Assembly: GCA_004764695.1 (NCBI GenBank)
Contig: SMSO01000035.1
Location: 4,538,040 to 4,602,039, forward strand
Reading direction: 5' to 3'
DNA: 64,000 bases
Origin: Schizochytrium sp. TIO01
Taxonomy: Eukaryota > Protista > Bigyra: Labyrinthulomycetes
Part shown: one piece after another, positions 35,327 to 46,961 of the stretch
How the letters are laid out: each line of letters starts with the position of its first letter
Numbering within the stretch: the first letter of the stretch is position 1
Made by a program: the position numbers and the translations under genes
The notes under the pieces: model-generated
Databases searched by the model: none
Told to the model about the DNA's origin: nothing
Seen by the model: the letters and a program-made list of their open reading frames with translations, nothing else

Positions 35327-38089
35327 CAGAATGGCCGTCCGCAATTCTCCGCTTTTCCATCAATCGAGGGACTGTCCAATGGGCGACTGGCTGCCTTCTG
35401 TCTGTCTGACGGGCGTAGGGGCGGTCAGGATCCTGCCTCCAGAGCCTCGATCAGGCCCCGCCGCGAGCCTCTGCCTGCCTTCGCTCTGCTGCTGTCTGTG
35501 TCAGAAGGGGTTTTACGACTTTAGTTGAAGCGGTACGTGGTTCCTAGGCAGCACTAGACCTCTGCATAGACTGCAAATTAAATACGCTCGAATAAAATAC
35601 GGCGGCGAAAGAATGGGATCAATTAATTTTAGTTTTGATTATCTATTTTAGGATAAAATAATTTTAATCAAATCAAAAACACCCCGGACACAGCGAAGCT
35701 GACCACTCCTAATGAAGTGCTATGCTGACTTAGCGGAAGAAGTGCGTCAGCTACATGACTCGAGCAGAAATCTGTCCCCCAAAGGTAGCTAATATTTAGA
35801 CAAGTTTATATTGTGTAACATATTAATTTGTATGAGTTGCATGGAGGGGCTCACTCACGGCCTGTGTCCCCAAAGGGGACCCCTCAGGTGTATACCGTCC
35901 TCGAGCGTACCCTAATAGAGAGACTAGCTATCTTAAAGGCTAGAGTGTGGGAGGTACTGGGTAGATTTCCCGTCACTAAGACCACTCATGAGGTTTGCTA
36001 GTGTCCGGATAAACCTGTGTCAACTTCGGGCAATCTGGAGCTCCTCCCTGCACCTCGTAACTATGGGGTGACTTTGGGGTATCTATCTATCTATTAGCAT
36101 CGCAGTTTTACAGTATAAAGAAACAATGAAATCAAATCGAAATAAACTTATCGTGATCAAAGGTGAACGCCAATATTTCCAACTGGCACCGGAAAGGTGC
36201 AGATTGTTCGAGGGTTATTCGAGGATGATGCGTATGTTTGCTCATCCCTCGATCTCCGCTCGGGTAGGTACCCTCTGTTCCAGTCAGCCGCCCGTCCTCA
36301 TCTCTATATTCTCCTTCTATTTCCCGCTCGACGCGTGAGTCAAATCGAGGCATGAGATGAATCTGCTGCTGCTGCTTAACTGCCGCCCCAAATTACCAAC
36401 AGGTAGCACTTGCTAGGCACCCGCTAGCGACTCCAGGGCGTGCGCGAAATGGGTTGCGCAGATCCTAGGCAGCTGGCTAGGCACTGCTATGCATGCAGCA
36501 GCCTAGTGCCAGCTACTGCTTAGTTTAGTTCCATTTATAGTTTCCTTTTCCTTCTGTTCAACTTTATAGCAATCAAATGATAACTCGAAAAGTAATCATT
36601 AGCAAAGCGAACAAAGAATAGAAACGAAGAAAGCAGAGCAGAGCCGTTCGAAGGGCGTCGCAAGCCGAGGGCAGGCAGGCTCTGTGCGGAACTGGAGCGG
36701 CTTCGAGTTCGGCCTCGGTGGGCCCATTCCACGGCCAGCGAAGCCACCCGAGAAGGCATGCCAGCAGGCTAGTCGCCAGCTAGCGCCACGCCACGCCACG
36801 CCGCGATCGATCGATCGATCGAGAGAGAGAGCTCGATCTCCATCCTGGTCCATGGAACTCATTGCCCCATAGCAGCGCCATGGCTTTCCCAAAGGATAGG
36901 ACACGGAAAGGTGTGTACCGCATTTAACAGCTGCTTAATGAGATTATGGCACAGCCTGAGAGAGAGGGAAAGATAGACCTCTTTCTTGGCTCCTTCTTTC
37001 ACTCCTGAACAGAACCAACTCGAAGCGCAGTCGTGAGGTTGAGGCGCCGATGTGATCTGTGGCCACCGTAGCGGCGACCCGTATCGCGGCAGTCAGCGCA
37101 GTGCGTTCGCGAGGGCGAAGCGGACTTTGCAGCAAGGAACTTGGCAAAGAAGTTTGAAAGCACATCTTCGAGTCCGCCGGCTGGGACTTGGGAAAGCGCT
37201 GAGCGAGATCTCGCAGACGGGAAGAACCGCACGGTCGAAGAAGACGGACATCCAGAGGCCCAGGGGATGAGACGGACGGTGCCAGGGTCAGCGGCCGAGG
37301 TGTCTCAGGCTCGGACTGTCTCCGCGGCTTCAAGGGTTTAGAGATTGTGCTCAGATTTTCAAGATCCAAGCTCTCCGAAGGGCTCCGCAGTCACGATTTC
37401 ATGTGTACTGTACCTTCCTACTGTAGCCTAGATGGTACTTAGGAGTCAATGAGATCCTGCTTTGCCCTAAATTAATTTTTTTTTTTCTTAAAAATAATTC
37501 ATGATTTTATAAAAAGTTAAAAACTATAATTTTCTTTAAAAGTAAAAAAAGATCGTTTCCTCCAACTAGTGACCCGAGGGATGGCACTCCTATGAATGTG
37601 CTACAGAAACGGGTAGGAGGCGCCGGCGAGCACCCTTAGCACCCACCTAGGCTGCAGCGTAGCAATCCGCGGCCGTAGCTGAGTGGTAGGTAGAGAGCTG
37701 AGTGGTAGGGGGCCGTTCCAAAGGAGGAGAACAGGTGGAACATGTGGAACAGAGTCGTTAAACTTGTATGCGATTGTGCAGAGCAAAGCACTGCGCGAGT
37801 CGTTCCGTCCGCGGCGCTGAAAGGAGCGAAGGGGGGGTCTTGAGTTGGGGTAGCACCTATGGGAATAAGGAGAAAACAGGAACAAAAGTGAATAAAATAC
37901 GCCACGAAAGAAATGGGAAACTCGAAGAGAGAGAACTGAAAGAAAAACGATGCGAAGGAGGAGCAGGCAGGCGAGCGTAGGGGTGGATAGGGCCGTGCTA
38001 GGGCGGGGGAAATGAAAAGGAGACTGCGAGTAATCGACTCCTAGACCTACAGCTAGGAGGCGCCTAGGTAGGTACGCGAAAGGAGCAAT

Positions 38090-38091
38090 GA

Positions 38092-38163
<72 letters not shown>

Positions 38164-38165
38164 GG
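38090..38165. repeat. (GAAA)n-(GA)n purine microsatellite
   Basis: Directly visible. A shorter (GAAA)n lies at about 35293-35325. Confidence 0.9.
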
Positions 38166-38525
38166 AAATGAGGTTTCTCCGAGAGGAAAGAAGGGAAGAA
38201 AGAAAGAGAGAGACTATGAGAGAAGAGAGAAAGGGAAAAAGGCAGGAAGAAAGAAAGACTCGTGCTTCTCTTTCACTTGTCTTCGGTCGGCTAGGGGTTG
38301 CTAGCGGGTGGTAGGTGAGTTCTAGAAACGCAGGAAGGGGTGAAATGAGGAGTGTTTTATTAGCGCGGCAGGCGAGTAGGAGTGTGCTAGGCGGCGGTAG
38401 GCTGTTTTCATCAACTTGAAAAATATCAAGTAATTAAAATAAATGGAAATACGATAGTCCTGAATTAGATTTTTATAAAAAAGTAAGTAAAATAAAATAC
38501 CTTTGAGGAACATACGAAAACAGAC

Positions 38526-38596
38526 GACATGAAATGACATGAAATGACATGAAATGACATGAAATGATATGGAATGACATGAAATGATATGGAATG
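38526..38596. repeat. 10-bp minisatellite (GACATGAAAT / GATATGGAAT) x7
   Basis: Seven tandem units with two interspersed variant units. Confidence 0.9.
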
Positions 38597-39671
38597 CAGA
38601 AGCGCCATGAGATTCGACGATCCAGAATGAATGAGTGACTGACTGACTGACTGATCAGCCAGAGCGAAGAGTGCAAGCGAGTTTGGTGATCTGGCCGGCC
38701 GAAGACCCGGCAAAGACGCGTAGAAACGGCCAAGCACCGGCCTCCGCGAGTACCGGAGAGCGCCTCAAAGCCACGCGTCGTCGAGGCCAAAGGTTTTCAG
38801 GAAAGGGACAGTCGGTAGCTGAGCGGTAGGAGGGCCTAGCAGAAGGCCTATCTTCCCAATCATAGTTCAATGGGGCTTAAGAAGAAACAGAGTTTTGGCG
38901 ACTATCGAGGAGTAGGCAGGTGCTAGGGAGGCAGAGGTGGTAGATCGTGTATTTTATTTTATCGATCTTGGTACAGACTGTCTTTGAGTGCATGTATATT
39001 TATGTATATATATATATATATATATACATCTGTGTCTGCTGAGGCGATAAAATTCTGTTTCAGGTCTCGAAAAGACACTAGGCGAGGCAGTAGTAGGCAG
39101 TAGGCATTCATTCGCTCATTTAGGTTGAAAAGCTTTTAGGCACATGAAATAAAATACCTTTTAATTTGAAAAGTTACCTTCTCAGCTCATTCCGCTTTCT
39201 TCTTCGACATTGTGAACAGCTTAAAGATGGCTTAAATGGTGTATTTTATTTGGGCAGTGAAAGTAATAAATAATGTGTAATAATAGGTAATAAAAATATT
39301 AATAAAAATAATAAAAATAAGTAGTAGTAGTAGTAGTAGGGAGTAGTAAGAGAGAGCTGCACGAGGACAAGAAGAGCGGCGCGAGGGAGAGCAGTGCCGC
39401 AATCGATCGCAAGGCAGAAGCGCCCCGCTCGCACCGTCGCTTGCTCCGGAAGCAGACCGTCAGCAGAGGCACCGCCTCAGCAGCGCGTAACACGCAGAGC
39501 AACAGGTTTAAGACGCACACGCAGCCGAGCCTCACCGAGGAGCGGATCGTGCGGCTGCCAGCTATCGTTTGCCACCTCTCGTTCACTGAGCGAGCAAATT
39601 AATTATATATATATATATATTCCTCCTCGGAATCTGGACCATCGTGAAGAAATAAAAGTCAATTCGGCACC

Positions 39672-41354
39672 ATGCAGCGCGCAGCTAAGCAGGTGATGAC
39701 CAAGTGCCCGTTCATCAAGAGCGGCGCCTTGAGTGAGAAGACCATCAAGAACCAGGATGTCATGCGTGGCGCCGCAGCTCTCTGCCCGCACATGAACAAG
39801 GTCATGGCCAGTGGCCAGCCCGCCGTCGAGGCCGACGTCCTTGCCCAGCCCTGCGAGGGATGCCCCTGCAACCAGAACAAGGCTGGTGCGTGCACCCAGC
39901 ACAACGTGAACTCCGTCATCAAGAGCGCTCAGGAGCAGCAGCCCCAGCAGGAGGAGCCCGCCAAGCCCAAGGCCCAGACCCCGCGTGAGAGGTACAACGA
40001 CCTCTTTGCTGGCGAGGTCGACAAGGTCAAGCGCGAGGGTAGATACCGCGTCTTCGCTGACCTTGAGCGCAAGGCTGGCCAGTTCCCTGTGGCGACCTGC
40101 CACAACGCCAAGACCGGTGAGCCGATGACCATCACCGGCTGGTGCAGCAATGACTACCTCGCTATGGGCCAGCACCCCAAGGTTGTGGAGTCCATGGTTA
40201 AGGCAGCTCGCGAGTGTGGTACCGGCGCTGGAGGCACTCGTAACATTAGCGGCACCAACCACTACCACGTCCTGCTCGAGGAGGAGCTGGCAGCACTGCA
40301 CAACAAGGAGGCAGCACTCGTGTTCTCGAGCTGCTTTGTGGCCAACGAAACAACACTCACTACCATGTCCAAGATGCTCCCGGACTCGATCCTCCTTTCG
40401 GATCAATTCAACCACGCATCCATGATCCAGGGTATTCGCAACGGATCCTGGGAGCGTAAGATCTACCGCCACAACGATCTCGATCACCTCGAGACCCTCC
40501 TGCGTCAGCAGCCCCTCGAGCGGAACAAGGTCATTGCCTTTGAGAGTGTCAACTCCATGGAGGGAACCGTTGCCCCCATGGAAGACCTCGCCTTCCTCGC
40601 GGAGAAGTACAACGCGCTCACTTTTAACGACGAAGTCCACGCTGTTGGCATGTACGGAAAGCAGGGTGGTGGTGTAGCCCAGAGAGACAATGTCGAGGAC
40701 CGCATCGACATTATCTCAGGCACCCTTGGAAAGGCCTTTGGAGTTGTTGGAGGATACGTCGCTGGATCTGCATCCTTCATCGATGCCATGAGATCCGTCT
40801 GCCCTGGATTTATCTTTACCACCGCCATCCCCCCGGCGGTCGCGGCTGCGGCTCTCACTTCCATCAAGCACCTTCGTGAGTCCAACGAGGAGCGCGTGGC
40901 TATGCACAAGAACGCTCGCATGTTCCAGGCCAGACTCCGTGAGAATGGATTCCCCATGCTCCCCACCGTGTCTCATGTCACCCCGGTGCTCGTTGGAGAC
41001 TCTGTCAAGGTCAAGCAGGTCACTGACAAACTTCTTCATGAATACGGCATTTATTTGCAGCCCATCAACTACCCTACTGTTCCCCGTGGCACTGAGCGTC
41101 TCCGCATTACGCCCGCGCCCGTTCATACCCCGGAGATGATGGACCAGCTCATTTTTGCACTCAACAACATCTGGAACGAGCTTGAACTGCCCCGTTCCTA
41201 CATGCCTGTTGACTTTGATGAGCCTGCTGCCCGTGGTGAGATGGATGTTCCTCTTGAGGACTACTCCGTTGGATCTTCCTCTTGCTACGACTTTTTCCTT
41301 GAGAACCCTTCTCTTGGATCCCTCCCGGTTGAGCCTGCCTCTGCCACCGCTTAA
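39672..41354 (+). CDS. ALAS: 5-aminolevulinate synthase, mitochondrial
   Basis: [49 protein letters not shown] (PLP lysine), FIFTT, INYPTV. Presequence carries Cys-Pro motifs KCPF, LCPHM and GCPC. Confidence 0.97.
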   Translation: MQRAAKQVMTKCPFIKSGALSEKTIKNQDVMRGAAALCPHMNKVMASGQPAVEADVLAQPCEGCPCNQNKAGACTQHNVNSVIKSAQEQQPQQEEPAKPKAQTPRERYNDLFAGEVDKVKREGRYRVFADLERKAGQFPVATCHNAKTGEPMTITGWCSNDYLAMGQHPKVVESMVKAARECGTGAGGTRNISGTNHYHVLLEEELAALHNKEAALVFSSCFVANETTLTTMSKMLPDSILLSDQFNHASMIQGIRNGSWERKIYRHNDLDHLETLLRQQPLERNKVIAFESVNSMEGTVAPMEDLAFLAEKYNALTFNDEVHAVGMYGKQGGGVAQRDNVEDRIDIISGTLGKAFGVVGGYVAGSASFIDAMRSVCPGFIFTTAIPPAVAAAALTSIKHLRESNEERVAMHKNARMFQARLRENGFPMLPTVSHVTPVLVGDSVKVKQVTDKLLHEYGIYLQPINYPTVPRGTERLRITPAPVHTPEMMDQLIFALNNIWNELELPRSYMPVDFDEPAARGEMDVPLEDYSVGSSSCYDFFLENPSLGSLPVEPASATA

Positions 41355-42567
41355 GGCCGCGAATACGACAACTCAAGCCTGAGCTTGGTCGAGCAGAATA
41401 ATGAAAAGTGGTGCACAGGCTAGGTCAGAGGAAGAGGGAGCAAATGTTTTCTCCTTCTACTTTTTCTTCTTCCGCTTTTTGAGCGCGTTAATTTACATCC
41501 ATCCCTTCAACGACTCATGCAGAAACGTTGCTTTCTGTACCATCCATACTCGATTCTGAAACCTTGGTTCGGCTTACGCACGGATCTAACCTTCTCTTAT
41601 GTAGATCTCCCGCTCCTCTTCCCTCTTGTGATATTTGTGCAACAGCATGAAGCAGCAATGGATGTGAGCGGCAGGCGGTCTCTACTTGCAGTTGGTGATT
41701 CATGTATGAAGCTGGAGCTTCGGTTCATGATTCTTGACAAATGTCTTCTTCTCAAATGGTGTTTTGTCCTGTCCTGTCCTGTTCTTCTTATTCTCTCGAA
41801 TGTTTCTCTAAACCGTGGTCGTACCCACCTTTTCTTTAAATAATTGTCTCTACCAGGATAAAAGCTACGGTGGCCGTCGAGACCTTTCCTCTCTGATACT
41901 TTCTCTTAAAAGTTTTCAAGTTGCAAGAATTCCGGCTGATTGTCGCTTACTTTTTTCCCCTACCACCTCGTAAATATAAATGTCCTGAAAATCATTGTCA
42001 CGTCTTTTTCCCTCAGCACGGGTTTACTCAGTCTGTTGCTTTTCATCCTGCTTCTGCTCAGGTGAAACAATTGCTCTTGTCAGTCACTCGCTTCAAAAAA
42101 CGATCTCCAGCGAGAAAAATTTGGTTCCAATAACAACGCTGCGCTTTTCTTTTTGTTTTTTCTGGTTTATTGGTACCTGCGATCGTTTGACTTGAACTTC
42201 AAACTCAAATGAAAGGATTGATTGGGAATGTCCATTGCCAATTTTAATCTTCTAAAAATATACTACGAAAGTCTTATATGATCCTATTTAAGTTCTTAAT
42301 TAACTAAATACTACTGCTAGGGGCAAGAAAAGAATATAGGCCTTTTTCTCTGCAGAACTAAATGGCCGAACGGTCCCAAGACAGAATTGAGGAATAGACC
42401 CCACGATTGACAACTCTGAAGACAAACTGCGCAGAATTGAGGATAAGAGTGGTGGCGTCACAGGCCGAAAAAGAAAACAGGCCTGCTTGCAAAAGAAGCA
42501 AGCGAGCACTGCAAACGTAGACAAACACGTACACTCACAAGCGACTTGTGTCAAGCTTTTATGCAAC

Positions 42568-43803
42568 ATGGGTCGATCAGACAGCAAGAGCGGCAGTAGC
42601 GCCAGCAAAACACCGGACATCTGGGATCATATCGAACGTCTTGAAGCAACTCTTGCAAAGGCCAAGGAACGTGCAAATGAAGAGGCAAAGTCGAAGAAAC
42701 AAACACGACAGACGGAGTCTAAAAACGAGGACTCACGTGAGGACGACGCCTCAAAAGATGAAGGCAACGAAACGAAGGCCGAGGATGGCAAAGAAGGAGG
42801 CACCGACCAGAACACAGAAAAGGCCTCTCTTATTCAGGAGAAGGATGAACTTAGTCCCGAGCAGCAGCTAACAGCAAAAATTAGCGAATTAATTGTCAAC
42901 GCCGCCGACATTGCCCCCCGGAAAACCTGGATGCTTTTCGTTGGTCCAAGAGCGGTGGGCAAGACGAGCATGATCTCGCAATTTCTGACTCCTGGTAAAT
43001 CTGACGACCGACCCAAACCCACTGTGGCGCTAGAGTACACATTTGGTCGCCGCTCAAACGCCTCTGGGGAACGAAAGGACCTTTGCGAAGTGTGGGAACT
43101 CGGTGGTGGCGATAAACTTCTTGGGCTTGCAGATATTGTGCTTCAGCAGCAGTTCCCTGGACTGGTCGTGGTCTGTGTAGACTTGTCTGCACCGGAAGAT
43201 GCTTTTGAAGAAGCCACGTCATGGATGAACGCTGTTAGGAAGCGCCGTCGAGATATTCCCCTCATGCTTGTGGCTACTAAACACGATCGTTTCGAAAACG
43301 AAGATGGTCTCAAGCGCAAGGCTCTTGCTCAAGCTCTTCGCTATGCTGCCTGTGTTCGCAAGGCAGGACTTATCTTCGTTAGTAAGAAGGATAAAGCAGC
43401 GCTGACATATTACCGTGCACTCCTGAATCAATACGCTTTCGAGGGAGAAAAGAAGAAAACAGCCCACGTAGATCCCAACAAGCCTATCATTGTTGCACCC
43501 GGTAGGGACTCTCTTTCTAAGATCGGTCTGCCCCCTGGTGTGACCGAGAAGTCACCACAAACAGATATCGAGGAAGCGTGGCGTACTCTGTTACAAGATT
43601 ATTTTCCGCGCAAGCAACCTGAATCAAAACATGATGCTGCAGAGGACGAGGACACGGACATACAGGAAAGGGAGAGTGAAAACCTCACGCATACCTTAAA
43701 TTTGGAAACGGAACCTATTGTAGACAAGCATCGCATGGACAAGGACAAAGAGTTGCAAAGATATCGAGCCCGGGCTTCATCAAGTCGTATAAGTGGAAGA
43801 TAG
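42568..43803 (+). CDS. DYNC2LI1: Cytoplasmic dynein 2 light intermediate chain 1 (retrograde IFT motor subunit)
   Basis: Degenerate P-loop FVGPRAVGKTS, PKPTVALEYTFGRR, EVWELGGG, DPNKPIIVAPGRDSLSKIG. ATG at 42568. Confidence 0.88.
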   Translation: MGRSDSKSGSSASKTPDIWDHIERLEATLAKAKERANEEAKSKKQTRQTESKNEDSREDDASKDEGNETKAEDGKEGGTDQNTEKASLIQEKDELSPEQQLTAKISELIVNAADIAPRKTWMLFVGPRAVGKTSMISQFLTPGKSDDRPKPTVALEYTFGRRSNASGERKDLCEVWELGGGDKLLGLADIVLQQQFPGLVVVCVDLSAPEDAFEEATSWMNAVRKRRRDIPLMLVATKHDRFENEDGLKRKALAQALRYAACVRKAGLIFVSKKDKAALTYYRALLNQYAFEGEKKKTAHVDPNKPIIVAPGRDSLSKIGLPPGVTEKSPQTDIEEAWRTLLQDYFPRKQPESKHDAAEDEDTDIQERESENLTHTLNLETEPIVDKHRMDKDKELQRYRARASSSRISGR

Positions 43804-44636
43804 GCTTTGCTTTTTCCATATGTTCGAAGATATGATATCAAGAATGTTTTCAATTTAAAGCGTGCTCAGAGTGATATTATTCATATTTTGACGTACAGCA
43901 GATATCTTGACACATCTTGCGTTAAACTAAAGTAGTCGGTTGAACTTTGCATGCACAAGGCTACGTTAATCTCTAAATCCAAAACCTCCTTTTTAAAAAT
44001 CTTGCCGATTCTTTTCACAATGCTTGAAAGTTGTTTTCATAAAATCTGTAAGAAACATCGGCTATCTTTACTTGTCTGACAATGCAGTCTCTTTTTCGAC
44101 GAGTAGAATGGAGTAAACATGCTCCTACCACCAACACCAAGGAAAATCAAATTCCATCAGAATGAGTTTGATCTCGACGAGACATTGACTGTGTATACGA
44201 GATGCTATTAGTTTCCTTCGGAAACCTACGTAAGCCTGACTATGCATGGTCATGCGTGGGTGGTCTAGACAACCTGAGGAATAGTGGGCAACTAGTGTCA
44301 ATATTTAAAAATAAAAAATTGTAGAAGCATTCAATAGAATTAGCTAGCTAATACCAGAGTTGATAGTTGAGGATCAGCATGAAAGCTCAAGTTCTGTAGA
44401 TGTATACATAGGACATTCAGCATCTGGCAAAGCTTACATGATGGCGAGTCCGTGGACTACCTCTCAAACCCAATTTCAGAGCTGCCACATCGTTGACTCA
44501 CATTGTGAAGACTGAACACTTTTTCATGCAAATAGAGCTACATGCTGGACCTCATATAAAGAGTGATAATATTATTGGAAACTTGCCCAGATATATCAAT
44601 GTCGCATCTCTTCCCCTACAAGTATGGGCAATTTCC

Positions 44637-46961
44637 CTACTGCATTATTTTTGTATCGGAAGGATTGCCTTCTACAGTAAGATTATCTTGAGCAAGCTCA
44701 GCTTGGGCAGCTTCTCTAGCATCTGGTGTTGAAGCTGGCAAAGTATTTCCCACAACTTCACTTGTAAAAATAGAAGGCACAGTGTCCATAGTATCACTTA
44801 TGAGATTGGGGGGTGGATCTTCTTTCTTTACATCCCGCGCAGACTCGGATTGAATAGCTTGTGTAAGAGCAGCAAGCTCTTTTGCTTGAGACTGTAGAAT
44901 GGATTTCAGTGCGGCAATGTCGGCAGCGAAGGTGGCGCCTCCTGGCGAGGTCTCTGAGTGCGCACCCTCTACAAATTGTACATTATTGGCGGGAAAGTTT
45001 GTGTTGCTCTGAATCCCCAGCGAGCTATATGACCCAAGAGACCCATTGTTGTCATAGTGAGACGGGAGAATAGAACTTCCAGTTGTAGCCGGCATGTGAG
45101 ACATATTGTTGGGTAAGGAGCTCGTGGAGCCAACTTTAGAACGATCTTCGAAGCGAATCGGGCCTGATCCAGTCTGACGTTTTGCACTCGCAGAATCAAA
45201 AAATTGCAAAGCACCTGTGGACGCAGTTCGTGATGTAGCGGCATCCTCCACCATATCGGACTGGGGACGGGGTTTAGCAATGCTACCAGTTGGGTTATCT
45301 GGTATCATGTGAAAGTGGTTTTCTTTACTACCTGTTGTTACTTTCCGGGCCTTCCGTTGCGTTCGAAGGTTTTTAGCTACAGTCTTGCGACGCTCAGTGA
45401 TTTCATATAATTTCTGTGCAACTTCTGGAAAGTTTCTCGAGACTTCGGCAACATCATTTTTAGAAAACGAGAATAAATCGCAGTATGTTAAAGCTCTCAC
45501 TGATGCTGCACGGCGCTCCTCGATATCGGAATCCACATAGGTAATCTCACCAAAGTGACTACCTTGAGAAAGTCTAGAGTACACAACTCCGTTCTGCGCA
45601 AGCACCTCTACAGTTCCACGAACAATAAGGTACATTTCTAGAGCGAGATCTCCCTCGCGAATAATATAGTCTCCTGGGGCAGCAGAAAAAGGTTTCAGCA
45701 TTGTCACAATTGCTGACATGAAAGAAGGATTCTCAATGTCTTTGAAAATATGAATATTTCTCAAAACATCTCGCGTCAGATACATACTCAACTCAACCTT
45801 TAGGCCATGCGTGAGATCATTTAGAATCTGAGACTCGTCAAAGATCATTTTTCGACCAATATAGTATCTGAAAAACCTTCGAATACGCTTCTGAAGTGGA
45901 CCTGGGACCTTGCGATATTTAAGGTATGCATTAATAGAGTCCATTTTGCGATGGAATTGAAACGAGATTTGGTTAAGGTCAGCAACCATCGAGCTCATTT
46001 GACCAATGACATATCCAAAAACTGTTGCACCTGCCCAGCATGCAATTGTAGCTACAAATCGCTCCGCATTATTCTGCGGTTTGATATCACCAAATCCGAC
46101 TGATGTCAGGGTACTAACACTCCAATATAAGGATGCCATGTAGAGAGATGCAAAATCTTTAGCCTCGTATTCCTCAGAAAAAGATTCCATAATCCATGTT
46201 GACACATTATCTGCATTCGCGTTTCGGACTGTAACCGATGTAAAGTACCACGTACATGCTGTTAAATGGGAAACAACAAAAGTAAGAACGGCTGTCTCCA
46301 TTAGTCTACGAACGCCGGGGTTAATATCGAAAATTCCAAGGCGATCTTCCATACCGCTCATGAGTTGACGTAGCTTGCTGACTTTGATAAGCTTGGTTAC
46401 GCGCATGAACCTAAAGGCTTTGAATAGCTTTGTAAAAAGTAAGTTTTCATCAGATCCGCCAATTACGACAATGAGATCAAACGGGATTGCTGCTACGAGA
46501 TCCACCAAAAACCAAGTGCGCAGATATGTCCTCACAATAACCCGACGATCGAATTCGTATTCGTCGAGGTTACCCGGCTTTTTGATGGCAAGCCTCGTCT
46601 GAATGTACATGTCCGTGCAAAAGAACAAGTCTACCAAAAGGTCGATCCAGAGAGCAGCTGATGTTGCGTCGATGCCAACCTCAAAACAAATACGTATGGG
46701 AACCATCAAGGTAGCGTAAAAAATTAGGAAACTAACGAGTAAGCTCCAGTACATGAAAAACGTTGATTCCGGATGGATAATGAAATGATGATCGTTCTCA
46801 CCAATCTCAGTTGGACCACGAATGCTATTTTTCACATATTTTAAGCGCCGTGGATCAAGCCGCGACTTTTCTCTTGGCCATGGTGTTGTAGGGTCGTCGT
46901 TTAAGGCTGAATTGAAGTTGTCCCTCGTTGCTGCAGCGCCAGCAGGGGTTACTTGCGCCAT
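44637..46961 (-). CDS. Cyclic-nucleotide-binding-domain voltage-gated cation/K+ channel (KCNH/HCN/CNGK-like)
   Basis: S1-S6 TMs, S4 KLFKAFRFMRVTKLIK, pore SLYWSVSTLTSVGFGDI, C-linker, and CNBD (IIREGD...GSHFGE...RRAASVRALTYCDL). Confidence 0.92.
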   Translation of the reverse strand: MAQVTPAGAAATRDNFNSALNDDPTTPWPREKSRLDPRRLKYVKNSIRGPTEIGENDHHFIIHPESTFFMYWSLLVSFLIFYATLMVPIRICFEVGIDATSAALWIDLLVDLFFCTDMYIQTRLAIKKPGNLDEYEFDRRVIVRTYLRTWFLVDLVAAIPFDLIVVIGGSDENLLFTKLFKAFRFMRVTKLIKVSKLRQLMSGMEDRLGIFDINPGVRRLMETAVLTFVVSHLTACTWYFTSVTVRNANADNVSTWIMESFSEEYEAKDFASLYMASLYWSVSTLTSVGFGDIKPQNNAERFVATIACWAGATVFGYVIGQMSSMVADLNQISFQFHRKMDSINAYLKYRKVPGPLQKRIRRFFRYYIGRKMIFDESQILNDLTHGLKVELSMYLTRDVLRNIHIFKDIENPSFMSAIVTMLKPFSAAPGDYIIREGDLALEMYLIVRGTVEVLAQNGVVYSRLSQGSHFGEITYVDSDIEERRAASVRALTYCDLFSFSKNDVAEVSRNFPEVAQKLYEITERRKTVAKNLRTQRKARKVTTGSKENHFHMIPDNPTGSIAKPRPQSDMVEDAATSRTASTGALQFFDSASAKRQTGSGPIRFEDRSKVGSTSSLPNNMSHMPATTGSSILPSHYDNNGSLGSYSSLGIQSNTNFPANNVQFVEGAHSETSPGGATFAADIAALKSILQSQAKELAALTQAIQSESARDVKKEDPPPNLISDTMDTVPSIFTSEVVGNTLPASTPDAREAAQAELAQDNLTVEGNPSDTKIMQ

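Noticed and set aside
38526-38596. Regular repeats here and at 58421-58644 as a CRISPR-like array
   Set aside because: Head-to-tail repeats without unique spacers, no cas genes, and a eukaryotic context.
39385-39405. CAGTGC upstream of ALAS as a possible iron-responsive element
   Set aside because: The flanks cannot form the required 5-bp upper stem with bulged C.
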